Shown here in pieces: positions 9,855-20,568 of a DNA stretch of 44,981 nt (positions are counted from its first letter, which is position 1; each line of letters begins with the position of its first letter). The notes under the pieces were generated by a model. The model was not told the origin of the DNA, did no database searches, and saw nothing but the letters and a program-made list of their open reading frames with translations. A program made the translations under genes and the position numbers. This DNA is from Nemertoderma westbladi (Eukaryota; Animalia; Xenacoelomorpha): contig JAUCBJ010005672.1 of assembly GCA_032718475.1 (NCBI GenBank), positions 1-44,981 on the forward strand, written 5' to 3'.

Positions 9855-10738
9855 ACTACCAGCAAGCTGGCTTTAAACGAACCTGCCCCTCAAACCAGTA
9901 CCCTGAGTGAGCGAAAATGAAAACACGATAAATTGCCATCAACTCAACGATAGAAACACCAGCTGCTGGTATTCATGTGGGCCTAGTAAGCTACTACTAT
10001 TTATTGAAATAGCCCAAACTGCAGAGAAGTATATTACTTGCCAAAATTATTACTATCTCACTCTAACCCAGACAGTAATCAAACATCAACTGTAAGTTTG
10101 TATAATGTATTACCCCACCAGATGAATAGCTCTTCCCAGTGAATCCAATGACAATAATCTATAAGGTTACTCACTGCTATGTTAGGTGGGAGGGAGTTGA
10201 TGATAATGAATGAGGAGGGACACAACTAACACTACGTTTGTCTATATGGACGGTCTCCTTACAGCCAGCTGGCTGGCTTTTCTAGTTGAATCATATTATT
10301 CCGCAACTAAATAATTTACTCTTTTAGACGAATTTGTGCGTTTTTTTGCCGGACTAACAAATTTTGGCGACGTTCTGTGCGAGATTGGCGATATTTGAAA
10401 AGATTCTGAGGCTCAAATATGTTGCTCAGATGACTGAATATCTCAAATAAAAAAGTTGGTGCCTACTCGACGAGTTGAAATCGGTGAAATTCGACTTTAA
10501 ATTTTCAAAACCGCTATTTTTCAGTGACCCCGTGATCGAAACGCCACAAAAAATATACAGTCTTGTGCGCAACCAAAATTTATGGAGAGTTTGTTATTAA
10601 AATTTTTGCGTACCTGCTTGAGTTTTTGAGATATTGGATGGTTATACATACACACACACACAACCACATCGTGTTTTTAAACGGCTCAACTCTTGACAAG
10701 AACTACCCTGGCCTATTAATAGGCAGGTTCGTTATAAA
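9855..10738 (-). mobile_element. Helentron-associated non-autonomous element (HINE/DINE-like), copy 1
   Basis: Minus-strand 5' TTTTAT-AACGAACCTGCC with palindrome CCTATTAATAGG, a (TG)n microsatellite, then ATATCTCAAAAAC; 3' inverted subTIR GGCAGGTTCGTT followed by hairpin CCAGCTTGCTGG and TAGT. Confidence 0.6.
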
Positions 10739-11863
10739 ATAATTAATTTCCATTAAATGATGCAAATGCTGTTTTACCCTAACCAACATTAATTAAAACA
10801 ATCCCACATAAAAAGTCGGGAGGTATGGGGAATCATACCCGATAAATGCAATCCTGCCAGAGGGCTGGAGTGCTGTATACTGCCAATATTTATCGGACTA
10901 CTCTCCCTTTGGGTTATATTTATGGTTTATATATATTTTGATGTTACTGGCCTGATTTGAGTGGGAATTCTGAAGTTGCACTAATTGTTTGTTAGTAAAA
11001 GTGTGAAAGTTACAAAAGCGCGAACAAGGAGCCCATGTCATGATTCATGAAATCATCCCAGAACATATATGTACAGTACTTATTTAACATGGGATTATTT
11101 AACATCTTTATGATTGTTTAACAACTTTAGGCCAATATAATTTATAGTACTCGTTATAAGCGTTTAATTTTAATAAAAATAATTTTAATTATTTAAAATT
11201 CTGTGAACCGAAATAATTGCAATTTATGCTGCACATTTATAATGGGGGGAGGGGAAATTGGAATTTTTTATTGGACGTTAAATCAGTTAAAACAAGCACC
11301 AAGGATAGCATTAAAATATAACATATAAAGTAGGAAAAGGTAACGGCAACAAACAAATGTACAGTATATGGTGTTCAACATGTCCTAGAAAATGTGTTTT
11401 ATCGGAAAACGGTAAAAAATAGAAAAAACATTGATAAATAAAATGACCTTCAATAGTTTGGAAACACTATTTACCAAATTTACAACAAAATTATGGTAAA
11501 ATTTAGAGCTAACAAACATAGTGGATACGAGTTAAAAGTTATAAATGCAACAACCACAAAATTATTGTAATTTTATTAAAAAATATTGTAATTATGATAA
11601 GACATTTATCATTGTAGGGGGGGGGGGGGGGGGGGGGGGGGAGATTTTAGCAGCACAGCACACCCTCGGTCCGCCCCTGATTTGTAGGCCACAATGATGT
11701 AGAAAATTGACAATTTATTGTGTGATAGCATTAGTGTTAAAATTTGTTAAAATTACTTAGACAAGTTGTAATCTACTGTAGTTAATAAAATTACAGTTTA
11801 AAAATTTAATATTAAAAAAGTTATTAGTGTTTTTCGTTTGCAATCTCTATAATTGCAGGAAAG

Positions 11864-12100
11864 ATGCAGCTACAACTACAACATATAGTAATCGCTGTTC
11901 TGCTGTTTGTTGCATTGGCTGTTGATGGGAAGCCGCTGTTACGGGATACAAGAGATACCGGTAATGGCTATGAGGCATTAGATGAAAAGCGCGGTGATGC
12001 GGTTCGGGACGTACCCCCTAGTCCTTCTTCTACAGCTCCTCCTCCCCCACCTCCTCCAAAACCTCCAGGACCTTTCAATGGAAATTGGAACTCCGGCTAA
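11864..12100 (+). CDS. Secreted Pro-rich peptide precursor (78 aa), copy 1
   Basis: True ATG 5 nt after a splice acceptor (ttgcag at 11853-11858); hydrophobic signal peptide ending VDG|KP; acidic pro-region; dibasic KR; C-terminal Gly-stop; AATAAA at 12140; GC-richer than its flanks. Confidence 0.8.
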   Translation: MQLQLQHIVIAVLLFVALAVDGKPLLRDTRDTGNGYEALDEKRGDAVRDVPPSPSSTAPPPPPPPKPPGPFNGNWNSG

Positions 12101-13816
12101 AATTACAAGCATACACAATGTACTGATTAATATAAAAAAAATAAATAAACCTACTGTACTACTGTACAGTGTACAGTAATACTGGGGTGATTGGTGTAAG
12201 TTATTTTTTCTTGGTTGTTAATTGGTAATATCTCAATTATTATTAATAATAAATTTACAAATCTGTTTTCCTCATTACAAATCAGTAAGTTTGGTTTCAA
12301 ATATGAGCACCCTGTCGCAACTTGATGTCCCTGGTTATAATTTCTTACAAATTGTTACAAATCCCAGCATTCAATTACAAATACTCAGTCCAAGCAACCA
12401 ATCGATCGACCAACCTCAAATCCAAGTAACCAGTAATAAATAGAGCACCGTGTAGGCCTAACACTTAGTATCTCGATGATCAGACTGTCCAGTTTCAAAT
12501 CTGACTACTCAAGTTACAAACTCTGAGTGTCAGTTAACTTTGTAGGCTATCTGCAACAGAACTTATACTTTCATTATACTGTATCTTGCACAGGCTAAGA
12601 ATGTATAAAAAATTCACATTATTACTGTCAATGGGGTTGGGATCAGTCGATTTAGATTCCAGTTTATAGCCACAGTGGATATCTGTGTGGCTTCGTAAAT
12701 AATTTAATAATTTGAAAATACTGAAGAAAGCAATGTTTATGAAAGATATACATACACTTGCTTGCTAACTAACTTTGTTAAAATATCATGTTGCCAAAAC
12801 ATAATTAACTTCCCTCTACGAATATGATTTTAATTAAATACATACAACTTTTGTTGTCACCCTTTACTCCCAGTTATCATCTAGTTATCCCCCTTGGTAA
12901 AATAACTATTAGTTCTATGGGTAACCTGGCAACCCAGTTATCCACCCATGGGAAGATAACTACTGTATTAGTTCTATAGGTAACATGGCAACCATTATTA
13001 CATCAGGCCGCATTTTTCAAAAACTCTTCTGTAGGTACAGTACCGGTATCACCAATATTAGTGCTAGTTTCAGTTTGCGTACCAGTATACCGGTATTGTC
13101 AGACGAGCAGACAGTAGGCACCAACCTTTTTCGTTAACAAAGGTTGTCAACAATTTGGCAACAACTACTGTACGTGTCTATGCGATGCTATGTTTATGCC
13201 TTAATCTATTAGACATGTAATTTATTTGACTGACAGCAGTGAAGTGCTAAAAACAAGTCACTTTTTGTTTCTCCATAATATTCTAATTATGAAATAATAT
13301 GTCACCATTTTCATTGAGTGTTTTTTTAAATTATGAATGCCATTAGTCTTCAGTCTTGGATATGTTTAATTGCTTGCAGCTGTGTCTCATTGACTTATCC
13401 AATTATTTTCAAATGATATAGTCTTTACGTAAACGCCACATCCTCATATTCTAACTGTTGACATAACAGTTATTAGGGCCTACATGATTGTTTTGTGTTG
13501 TGGAACAACTATTAAACAGCTGCACTAAATATTGTTACTGCATTCTGTATATGAAGTCAAAAATTATTAACAAAGGTTAGCAACAACTCTTTAACTTCAT
13601 AGAGTATTAACGTGTTATGTGAACCTTACCATTCATTCAGTGAACCTTACCATTCATTCAGTTAACCTTAGTGTACAATTTTATCACAACAACATTGTCA
13701 ACAACAACAACGAATATTGTGCAACAAAATTTAAAACCTGGTAAACTTCGATTGTATACTTTGAGAAGTCCATCTGACAGAAATTGGCTGTAATTCGAAA
13801 AAAATTAATATTTAAT

Positions 13817-14265
13817 ACTACTACTACTACTAGGTCGAGCGAACTCGGACAGTGGAAATGAGATCCTTCCAGGCTTCCCGATTCTCCATAGTTGTCGCAA
13901 TTTCGTTTCTCCCAAGTTCAGTATCCCTTTCAAGTTGATCTACTGTATATATGTTATGGCAGGTCGTCCACGACTACGCTTTCCATGAGTTGGTTGCCAG
14001 AGAAGTAGATCTGGTATGATCTCGTCTTTACTTCGCCAGCAGTGCCCACTGAATCTTAATCTGCGTTCACGGAGGGTGGTTGATACAGGTGGTATTGTAC
14101 CATAAAGCTCGGCGTTTGTCATGTGTTGTCTCCAGCTGATGTTTAGGGCTGCCTTTAGTAGTCTTGTGTAGCAACCATCAATTCGTTGTTCAAGTGATTT
14201 AGTCAGTGTCCAGGTCTCACCCCCGTATAAAAATACACTTTCCACTGTGGCTCGAAAGAACTTAC
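13817..14265 (-). mobile_element. RTE-clade LINE 3' fragment with (TAG)n tail
   Basis: FFRATVESVFLYGGETWTLTK...RLRFSGHCWR...LLWQPTHGKRSRGRP...ENREAWK, followed by a stop merging into TAGTAGTAG; the frame is broken by a 5-bp insertion at 13941-13947. Confidence 0.9.
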
Positions 14266-14590
14266 TGTGGCTGATGGCTTAGATGTGGCTGCATCACATC
14301 TATTCCCAAGGCTCAATGGTCAACATCTACTCCCCTATGGTGGCTACGCCACATCTACTCAACAATGGAGGCTGTTCCACATCTACTCTCCAATGGTGAC
14401 TGCACCACATCTATCCACAATGGTGGCTGCATCACCTCTACTACCCTATGGTCAACATCTACTCCCCATGGTGGCTGCGCCACATCCACACCCCAATGGT
14501 CAACATCGACTCCCCTATGGTGGCTGCACCACATCTAGGCCTACACCCCAATGGTGGATGCACCACATCACCCAAACGGTGGCTGAATCA
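14266..14590 (+). repeat. Degenerate 23-29 bp minisatellite
   Basis: Recurring CACATCTACTCCCCTATGGTGGCTGCAC and GGTCAACATCTACTCCC units. Confidence 0.75.
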
Positions 14591-14799
14591 TATGTATAAA
14601 TATAATAATAATAATAAAATATGTAATGTATAAAGTGGTTTATCAATAACACTACCAGCCTACATGTACTGTAAAGTTTATCCTGGAAATATTATTATCT
14701 CATTGGACAATCCATCTTTGGAATAAATAATCAAAATTCTCAATATCGCTTTGCCAAAGCGTTTAAGTAACCATCTTTCCTATACCAGGTAGTCATCAT

Positions 14800-15004
14800 G
14801 TCAATACCTGAAAACACGGCATCTAAAATCGTTCATTGAAACCTTCTACTACAATTATCCAATCAGAATCGGTAATTTATAAGTAAAGGAAGTGTGATAG
14901 TGCCACAATTGGATGAAACCAACTATAATCAGTTAAAATTATGCAATCCGTAGTGAAATAAATTCAGTGTATACAAAAATATACAGTCGGCCGGAAAGGG
15001 TTAA
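14800..15004. mobile_element. piggyBac-like element terminus at a TTAA target (inner boundary unknown)
   Basis: ...GTCGGCCGGAAAGGG|TTAA (15001-15004). Homology with unit 1 resumes exactly at the corresponding TTAA (9525-9528). Confidence 0.6.
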
Positions 15005-15325
15005 GAACAAAAAAAGAGAGAAAAATTTGATTGCGTGTTTCTAAATACTGTATTTCTAAAACTATAGTTGGACTGGTTCCCAGCGCCAGCAGCTAGGCTA
15101 GGCAATAGCAAGCATCCCAATGAATGAGGGAGCTGGAAGTACAGTACATGTATAGAGAGACGGTTGCATTTTGATAACTTAATTACTTTTCTAATTATTG
15201 TAATTCGTTCTAATTGCTGTATAATTACACATTTCTTATAGCTAATGACTAATTAAAAACTATAATCGAATGGGATATGGGAATTATAGCTGTATAATTT
15301 TTAAGTATAATTATTTACATCTTAT

Positions 15326-16237
15326 ACTACCAGCAAGCTGGCTTTAAACGAACCTGCCCCTCAAACCAGTACCCTGAGTGAGCGAAAATGAAAACACGAT
15401 AAATTGCCATCAACTCAACGATAGAAACACCAGCTGCTGGTATTCATGTGGGCCTAGTAAGCTACTACTATTTATTGAAATAGCCCAAACTGCAGAGAAG
15501 TATATTACTTGCCAAAATTATTACTATCTCACTCTAACCCAGACAGTAATCAAACATCAACTGTAAGTTTGTATAATGTATTACCCCACCAGATGAATAG
15601 CTCTTCCCAGTGAATCCAATGACAATAATCTATAAGGTTACTCACTGCTATGTTAGGTGGGAGGGAGTTGATGATAATGAATGAGGAGGGACACAACTAC
15701 ACTACGTTTGTCTATATGGACGGTCTCCTTACAGCCAGCTGTCTGGCTTTTCTAGTTGAATCATATTATTCCGCAACTAAATAATTTACTCTTTTAGACG
15801 AATTTGTGCGTTTTTTTGCCGGACTAACAAATTTTGGCGACGTTCTGTGCGAGATTGGCGATATTTGAAAAGATTCTGAGGCTCAAATATGTTGCTCAGA
15901 TGACTGAATATCTCAAATAAAAAAGTTGGTGCATACTCGACGAGTTGAAATCGGTGAAATTCGACATTAAATTTTCAAAACCGCTATTTTTCAGTGACCC
16001 CGTGATCGAAACGCCACAAAAAATATACAGTCTTGTGCGCAACCAAAATTTATGGAGAGTTTGTTATTAAAATGTTTGCGTACCTGCTTGAGTTTTTGAG
16101 ATATTGGATGGTTATACATATACTGTATATATATATATACAATACACACACACACACACAACCACATCGTGTTTTTAAACGGCTCAACTCTTGACAAGAA
16201 CTACCCTGGCCTATTAATAGGCAGGTTCGTTATAAAA
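15326..16237 (-). mobile_element. Helentron-associated non-autonomous element, copy 2
   Basis: Duplicate of 9855-10738 with an expanded microsatellite. Confidence 0.6.
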
Positions 16238-17356
16238 TAATTAATTTCCATTAAATGATGCAAATGCTGTTTTACCCTAACCAACATTAATTAAAACAAT
16301 CCCACATAAAAAGTCGGGAGGTATGGGGAATCATACCCGATAAATGCAATCCTGCCAGAGGGCTGGAGTGCTGTATACTGCCAATATTTATCGGACTACT
16401 CTCCCTTTGGGTTATATTTATGGTTTATATATATTTTGATGTTACTGGCCTGATTTGAGTGGGAATTCTGAAGTTGCACTAATTGTTTGTTAGTAAAAGT
16501 GTGAAAGTTACAAAAGCGCGAACAAGGAGCCCATGTCATGATTCATGAAATCATCCCAGAACATATATGTACAGTACTTATTTAACATGGGATTATTTAA
16601 CATCTTTATGATTGTTTAACAACTTTAGGCCAATATAATTTATAGTACTCGTTATAAGCGTTTAATTTTAATCAAAATAATTTTAATTATTTAAAATTCT
16701 GTGAACCGAAATAATTGCAATTTATGCTGCACATTTATAATGGGGGGAGGGGAAATTGGAATTTTTTATTGGACGTTAAATCAGTTAAAACAAGCACTAA
16801 GGATAGCATTAAAATATAACATATAAAGTAGGAAAAGGTAACGGCAACAAACAAATGTACAGTATATGGTGTTCAACATGTCCTAGAAAATGTGTTTTAT
16901 CGGAAAACGGTAAAAAATAGAAAAAACATTGATAAATAAAATGACCTTCAATAGTTTGGAAACACTATTTACCAAATTTACAACAAAATTATGGTAAAAT
17001 TTAGAGCTAACAAACATAGTGGATACGAGTTAAAAGTTATAAATGCAACAACCACAAAATTATTGTAATTTTATTAAAAAATATTGTAATTATGATAAGA
17101 CATTTATCATTGTAGGGGGGGGGGGGGGGGGGGGAGATTTTAGCAGCACAGCACACCCTCGGTCCGCCCCTGATTTGTAGGCCACAATGATGTAGAAAAT
17201 TGACAATTTATTGTGTGATAGCATTAGTGTTAAAATTTGTTAAAATTACTTAGACAAGTTGTAATCTACTGTAGTTAATAAAATTACAGTTTAAAAATTT
17301 AATATTAAAAAAGTTATTAGTGTTTTTCGTTTGCAATCTCTATAATTGCAGGAAAG

Positions 17357-17593
17357 ATGCAGCTACAACTACAACATATAGTAATCGCTGTTCTGCTGTT
17401 TGTTGCATTGGCTGTTGATGGGAAGCCGCTGTTACGGGATACAAGAGATACCGGTAATGGCTATGAGGCATTAGATGAAAAGCGCGGTGATGCGGTTCGG
17501 GACGTACCCCCTAGTCCTTCTTCTACAGCTCCTCCTCCCCCACCTCCTCCAAAACCTCCAGGACCTTTCAATGGAAATTGGAACTCCGGCTAA
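17357..17593 (+). CDS. Secreted Pro-rich peptide precursor (78 aa), copy 2
   Basis: Protein identical to 11864..12100, with the same splice acceptor and polyA signal. Confidence 0.8.
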   Translation: MQLQLQHIVIAVLLFVALAVDGKPLLRDTRDTGNGYEALDEKRGDAVRDVPPSPSSTAPPPPPPPKPPGPFNGNWNSG

Positions 17594-18773
17594 AATTACA
17601 AGCATACACAATGTACTGATTAATATAAAAAAAATAAATAAACCTACTGTACTACTGTACAGTAATACTGGGGTGATTGGTGTAAGTTATTTTTTCTTGG
17701 TTGTTAATTGGTAATATCTCAATTATTATTAATAATAAATTTACAAATCTGTTTTCCTCATTACAAATCAGTAAGTTTGGTTTCAAATATGAGCACCCTG
17801 TCGCAACTTGATGTCCCTGGTTATAATTTCTTACAAATTGTTACAAATCCCAGCATTCAATTACAAATACTCAGTCCAAGCAACCAATCGATCGACCAAC
17901 CTCAAATCCAAGTAACCAGTAATAAATAGAGCACCGTGTAGGCCTAACACTTAGTATCTCGATGATCAGACTGTCCAGTTACAAATCTGACTACTCAAGT
18001 TACAAACTCTGAGTGTCAGTTAACTTTGTAGGCTATCTGCAACAGAACTTATACTTTCATTATACTGTATCTTGCACAGGCTAAGAATGTATAAAAAATT
18101 CACATTATTACTGTCAATGGGGTTGTGATCAGTCGATTTAGATTCCAGTTTATAGCCACAGTGGATATCTGTGTGGCTTCGTAAATAATTTAATAATTTG
18201 AAAATACTGAAGAAAGCAATGTTTATGAAAGATATACATACACTTGCTTGCTAACTAACTTTGTTAAAATATCATGTTGCCAAAACATAATTAACTTCCC
18301 TCTACGAATATGATTTTAATTAAATACATACAACTTTTGTTGTCACCCTTTACTCCCAGTTATCATCTAGTTATCCCCCTTGGTAAAATAACTATTAGTT
18401 CTATGGGTAACCTGGCAACCCAGTTATCCACCCATGGGAAGATAACTATTAGTTCTATAGGTAACATGGCAACCATTATTACATCAGGCCGCATTTTTCA
18501 AAAACTCTTCTGTAGGTACAGTACCGGTATCAACAATATTAGTGCTAGTTTCAGTTTGCGTACCAGTATACCGGTATTGTCAGACGAGCAGACAGTAGGC
18601 ACCAACCTTTTTCGTTAACAAAGGTTGTATAAAAATTTACAAAAGTTATCCAAACATACTCAAAAGTATTGCAGTCATCCAATTGGATGTTACAGATACA
18701 GTATTGTTGTGGTGTTCGATTTAATAGGTTTGCATACCATCAGTTTTGCTCACTAATATGCTACTACAGCAAA

Positions 18774-19536
18774 GGCCGGTTTTGGCAAATTTTAGAGCAA
18801 CCCAGGTTGCCGCTCAAGTTATTGCTCCGTGTAAACACGAAGTTGCTGTAAAAAAAGTTGCCGTAAAAGTTGCTTAAATTTGACGGCAACTTAAGAAACA
18901 ATTTGAGTGGACGGATTAAAGCGGAATAATCAAATTAAATTATTAGATGAAATCTGTTTTTTGGGAAGAATTCCATGGTTGTTTATTGTTCACCCCCACT
19001 TGAATTTTATTCTTATATCTATGCCATGTCTGACTGAGCTATTGTTGTTTTATATTCACTTATTATTATGGATACACTAGGCTTACTCATGCACATTGCC
19101 CATGCACATGTTTGTTCAAAAAATTCGAATAATTCCTTTATGTTCCGAAATTGCCAACCACTATTGAGGTGTCGATGTTTCCTTGATTTATTCTGGTTAC
19201 AAACACTTCCATAAATGTAAATGACACCTGTAGCAAGATCATGGTAGGGGGCCTATAGAATTTGTATAGAATTTACAATTATGATAATGTAAAATAGCGC
19301 GACAGAGGGAATCCGAAATGTTACATAATTATTGGGAGGCTGTGTAATAATATAATAATTGCCTAGTTTCTAAAGAGATAACTATTTTACATTAAATTCT
19401 CGAGGTTGCTCAAAAAGTTGCCGGCCAAGTTGCTGGTAAAATTTGCACTTTTAAACTGCGAATAAATTAAGTTGCTCCAAAAAAATTACTGGTTGCCGAC
19501 AAAGTTACTCAAAAAGTTGCCACGTTTAAACCGGCC
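18774..19536. mobile_element. PIF/Harbinger-like MITE
   Basis: TIRs GGCCGGTTT...AAACCGGCC; right flank TTA, left flank AAA (imperfect TSD); many subterminal AAGTTGC motifs at both ends. Confidence 0.55.
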
Positions 19537-20062
19537 TTAATGGCTGACATGCAGTTATCAGAATGTACCCACAATGATTGATTGTTTGTTGTTTTGGTTA
19601 TTGTTGATAGTCAAGCACAAAACATAATTAAAACTGTGGTGTCATGCGAGCTCGGTGAGAGTGCGGTGCGGTGACAGGGCTGTGAAAATGCAATGCCAGT
19701 CACTCACAGCGTTTTGTTTTTGGAAACAACGTTTCGAGAACGCGGCAGGGAAATTTTCAGTAGGCTAATATCTCAATTTTTTAATAAAATATCCCGCTAT
19801 ACCGCCACACCGTTTCCTTATGTCTTACTTAAGTTAGGTTTGGACTATATAAATTTATATATTAATTATTATTCGAAGATCACCGTAAAACCAGACATTT
19901 GCTTTACAATTAGTTATCTGCCACGGATAAATAACTAATGTAAATGTATATGATTGTACCCCCAAAATTTCCATGCCCCATTTTTATTCTTAGTCCCCCA
20001 AACAAAACCCTTTTATAAATGTTGGGTTGGCAGAACCTATCCCGTGTGGAGATCGGGTGACA

Positions 20063-20189
20063 ACATATTTATCACCCAGTTATTTAGTTATTTTACGAGT
20101 TATTTATCCTCGGGGAGTTAACGAAACCCTCGGCTTCGCCTCGTGTTTGTTAACTGCCCTCGGATAAATAACTGGGTGATAAATAATGT
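20063..20189. repeat. Palindromic foldback/MITE-like element
   Basis: Arms ATTTATCACCCAGTTATTTA / TAAATAACTGGGTGATAAAT, inner GTTAAC arms, central CGGCTTCGCCTCG; a related small palindrome lies at 19910-19939. Confidence 0.7.
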
Positions 20190-20568
20190 TATTCATTTCA
20201 TTAGTCATCTGAGGTCAAACCGTTCTACCTTAACTGTTTAATATGATAACTACGGTGACGAGAGCGCGAGAATTCATTTTTAAAAACTAAGAAAGGGTTT
20301 CAACTTTAAAGTAAGATAGAACGGTAACACACTTGTGTTGTTTTAACTTAATAGAGATATTAAAATATCACCTGCCCCTGGCGTTTCTATTTGAGCATAT
20401 TTTAAATGTTTGCCTGATATCCAATTGATGTGTACCGCCTTCTGACAAAGCGGCACCCAGTTTAAGCTATTAATCACAGCTAGCGAGTAGAGACCCACGG
20501 ACGGCGACCTTCAAACAAACAGGTGCAGAGCCGGAAAGAACTGTCGTGCTTTGCTTGGCTTGTGGTAC

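Larger units (their letters stand above)
8713..13147 (+). repeat. Tandem segmental duplication, unit 1
   Basis: Starts TTTGGCTACAACTACTGTACGTGTC and ends AACAAAGGTTGT; colinear with 13154-18628. Confidence 0.95.
13154..18628 (+). repeat. Tandem segmental duplication, unit 2 (13817-15000 replaces unit-1 9376-9524)
   Basis: Near-identical to unit 1 apart from SNPs, short indels and the composite insert. Confidence 0.95.

Noticed and set aside
11616-11642. Long G homopolymer as a functional G4 element
   Set aside because: Its length differs between the duplicates; it probably belongs to a small transposon remnant ending CCGCCCCTG and is prone to sequencing error.
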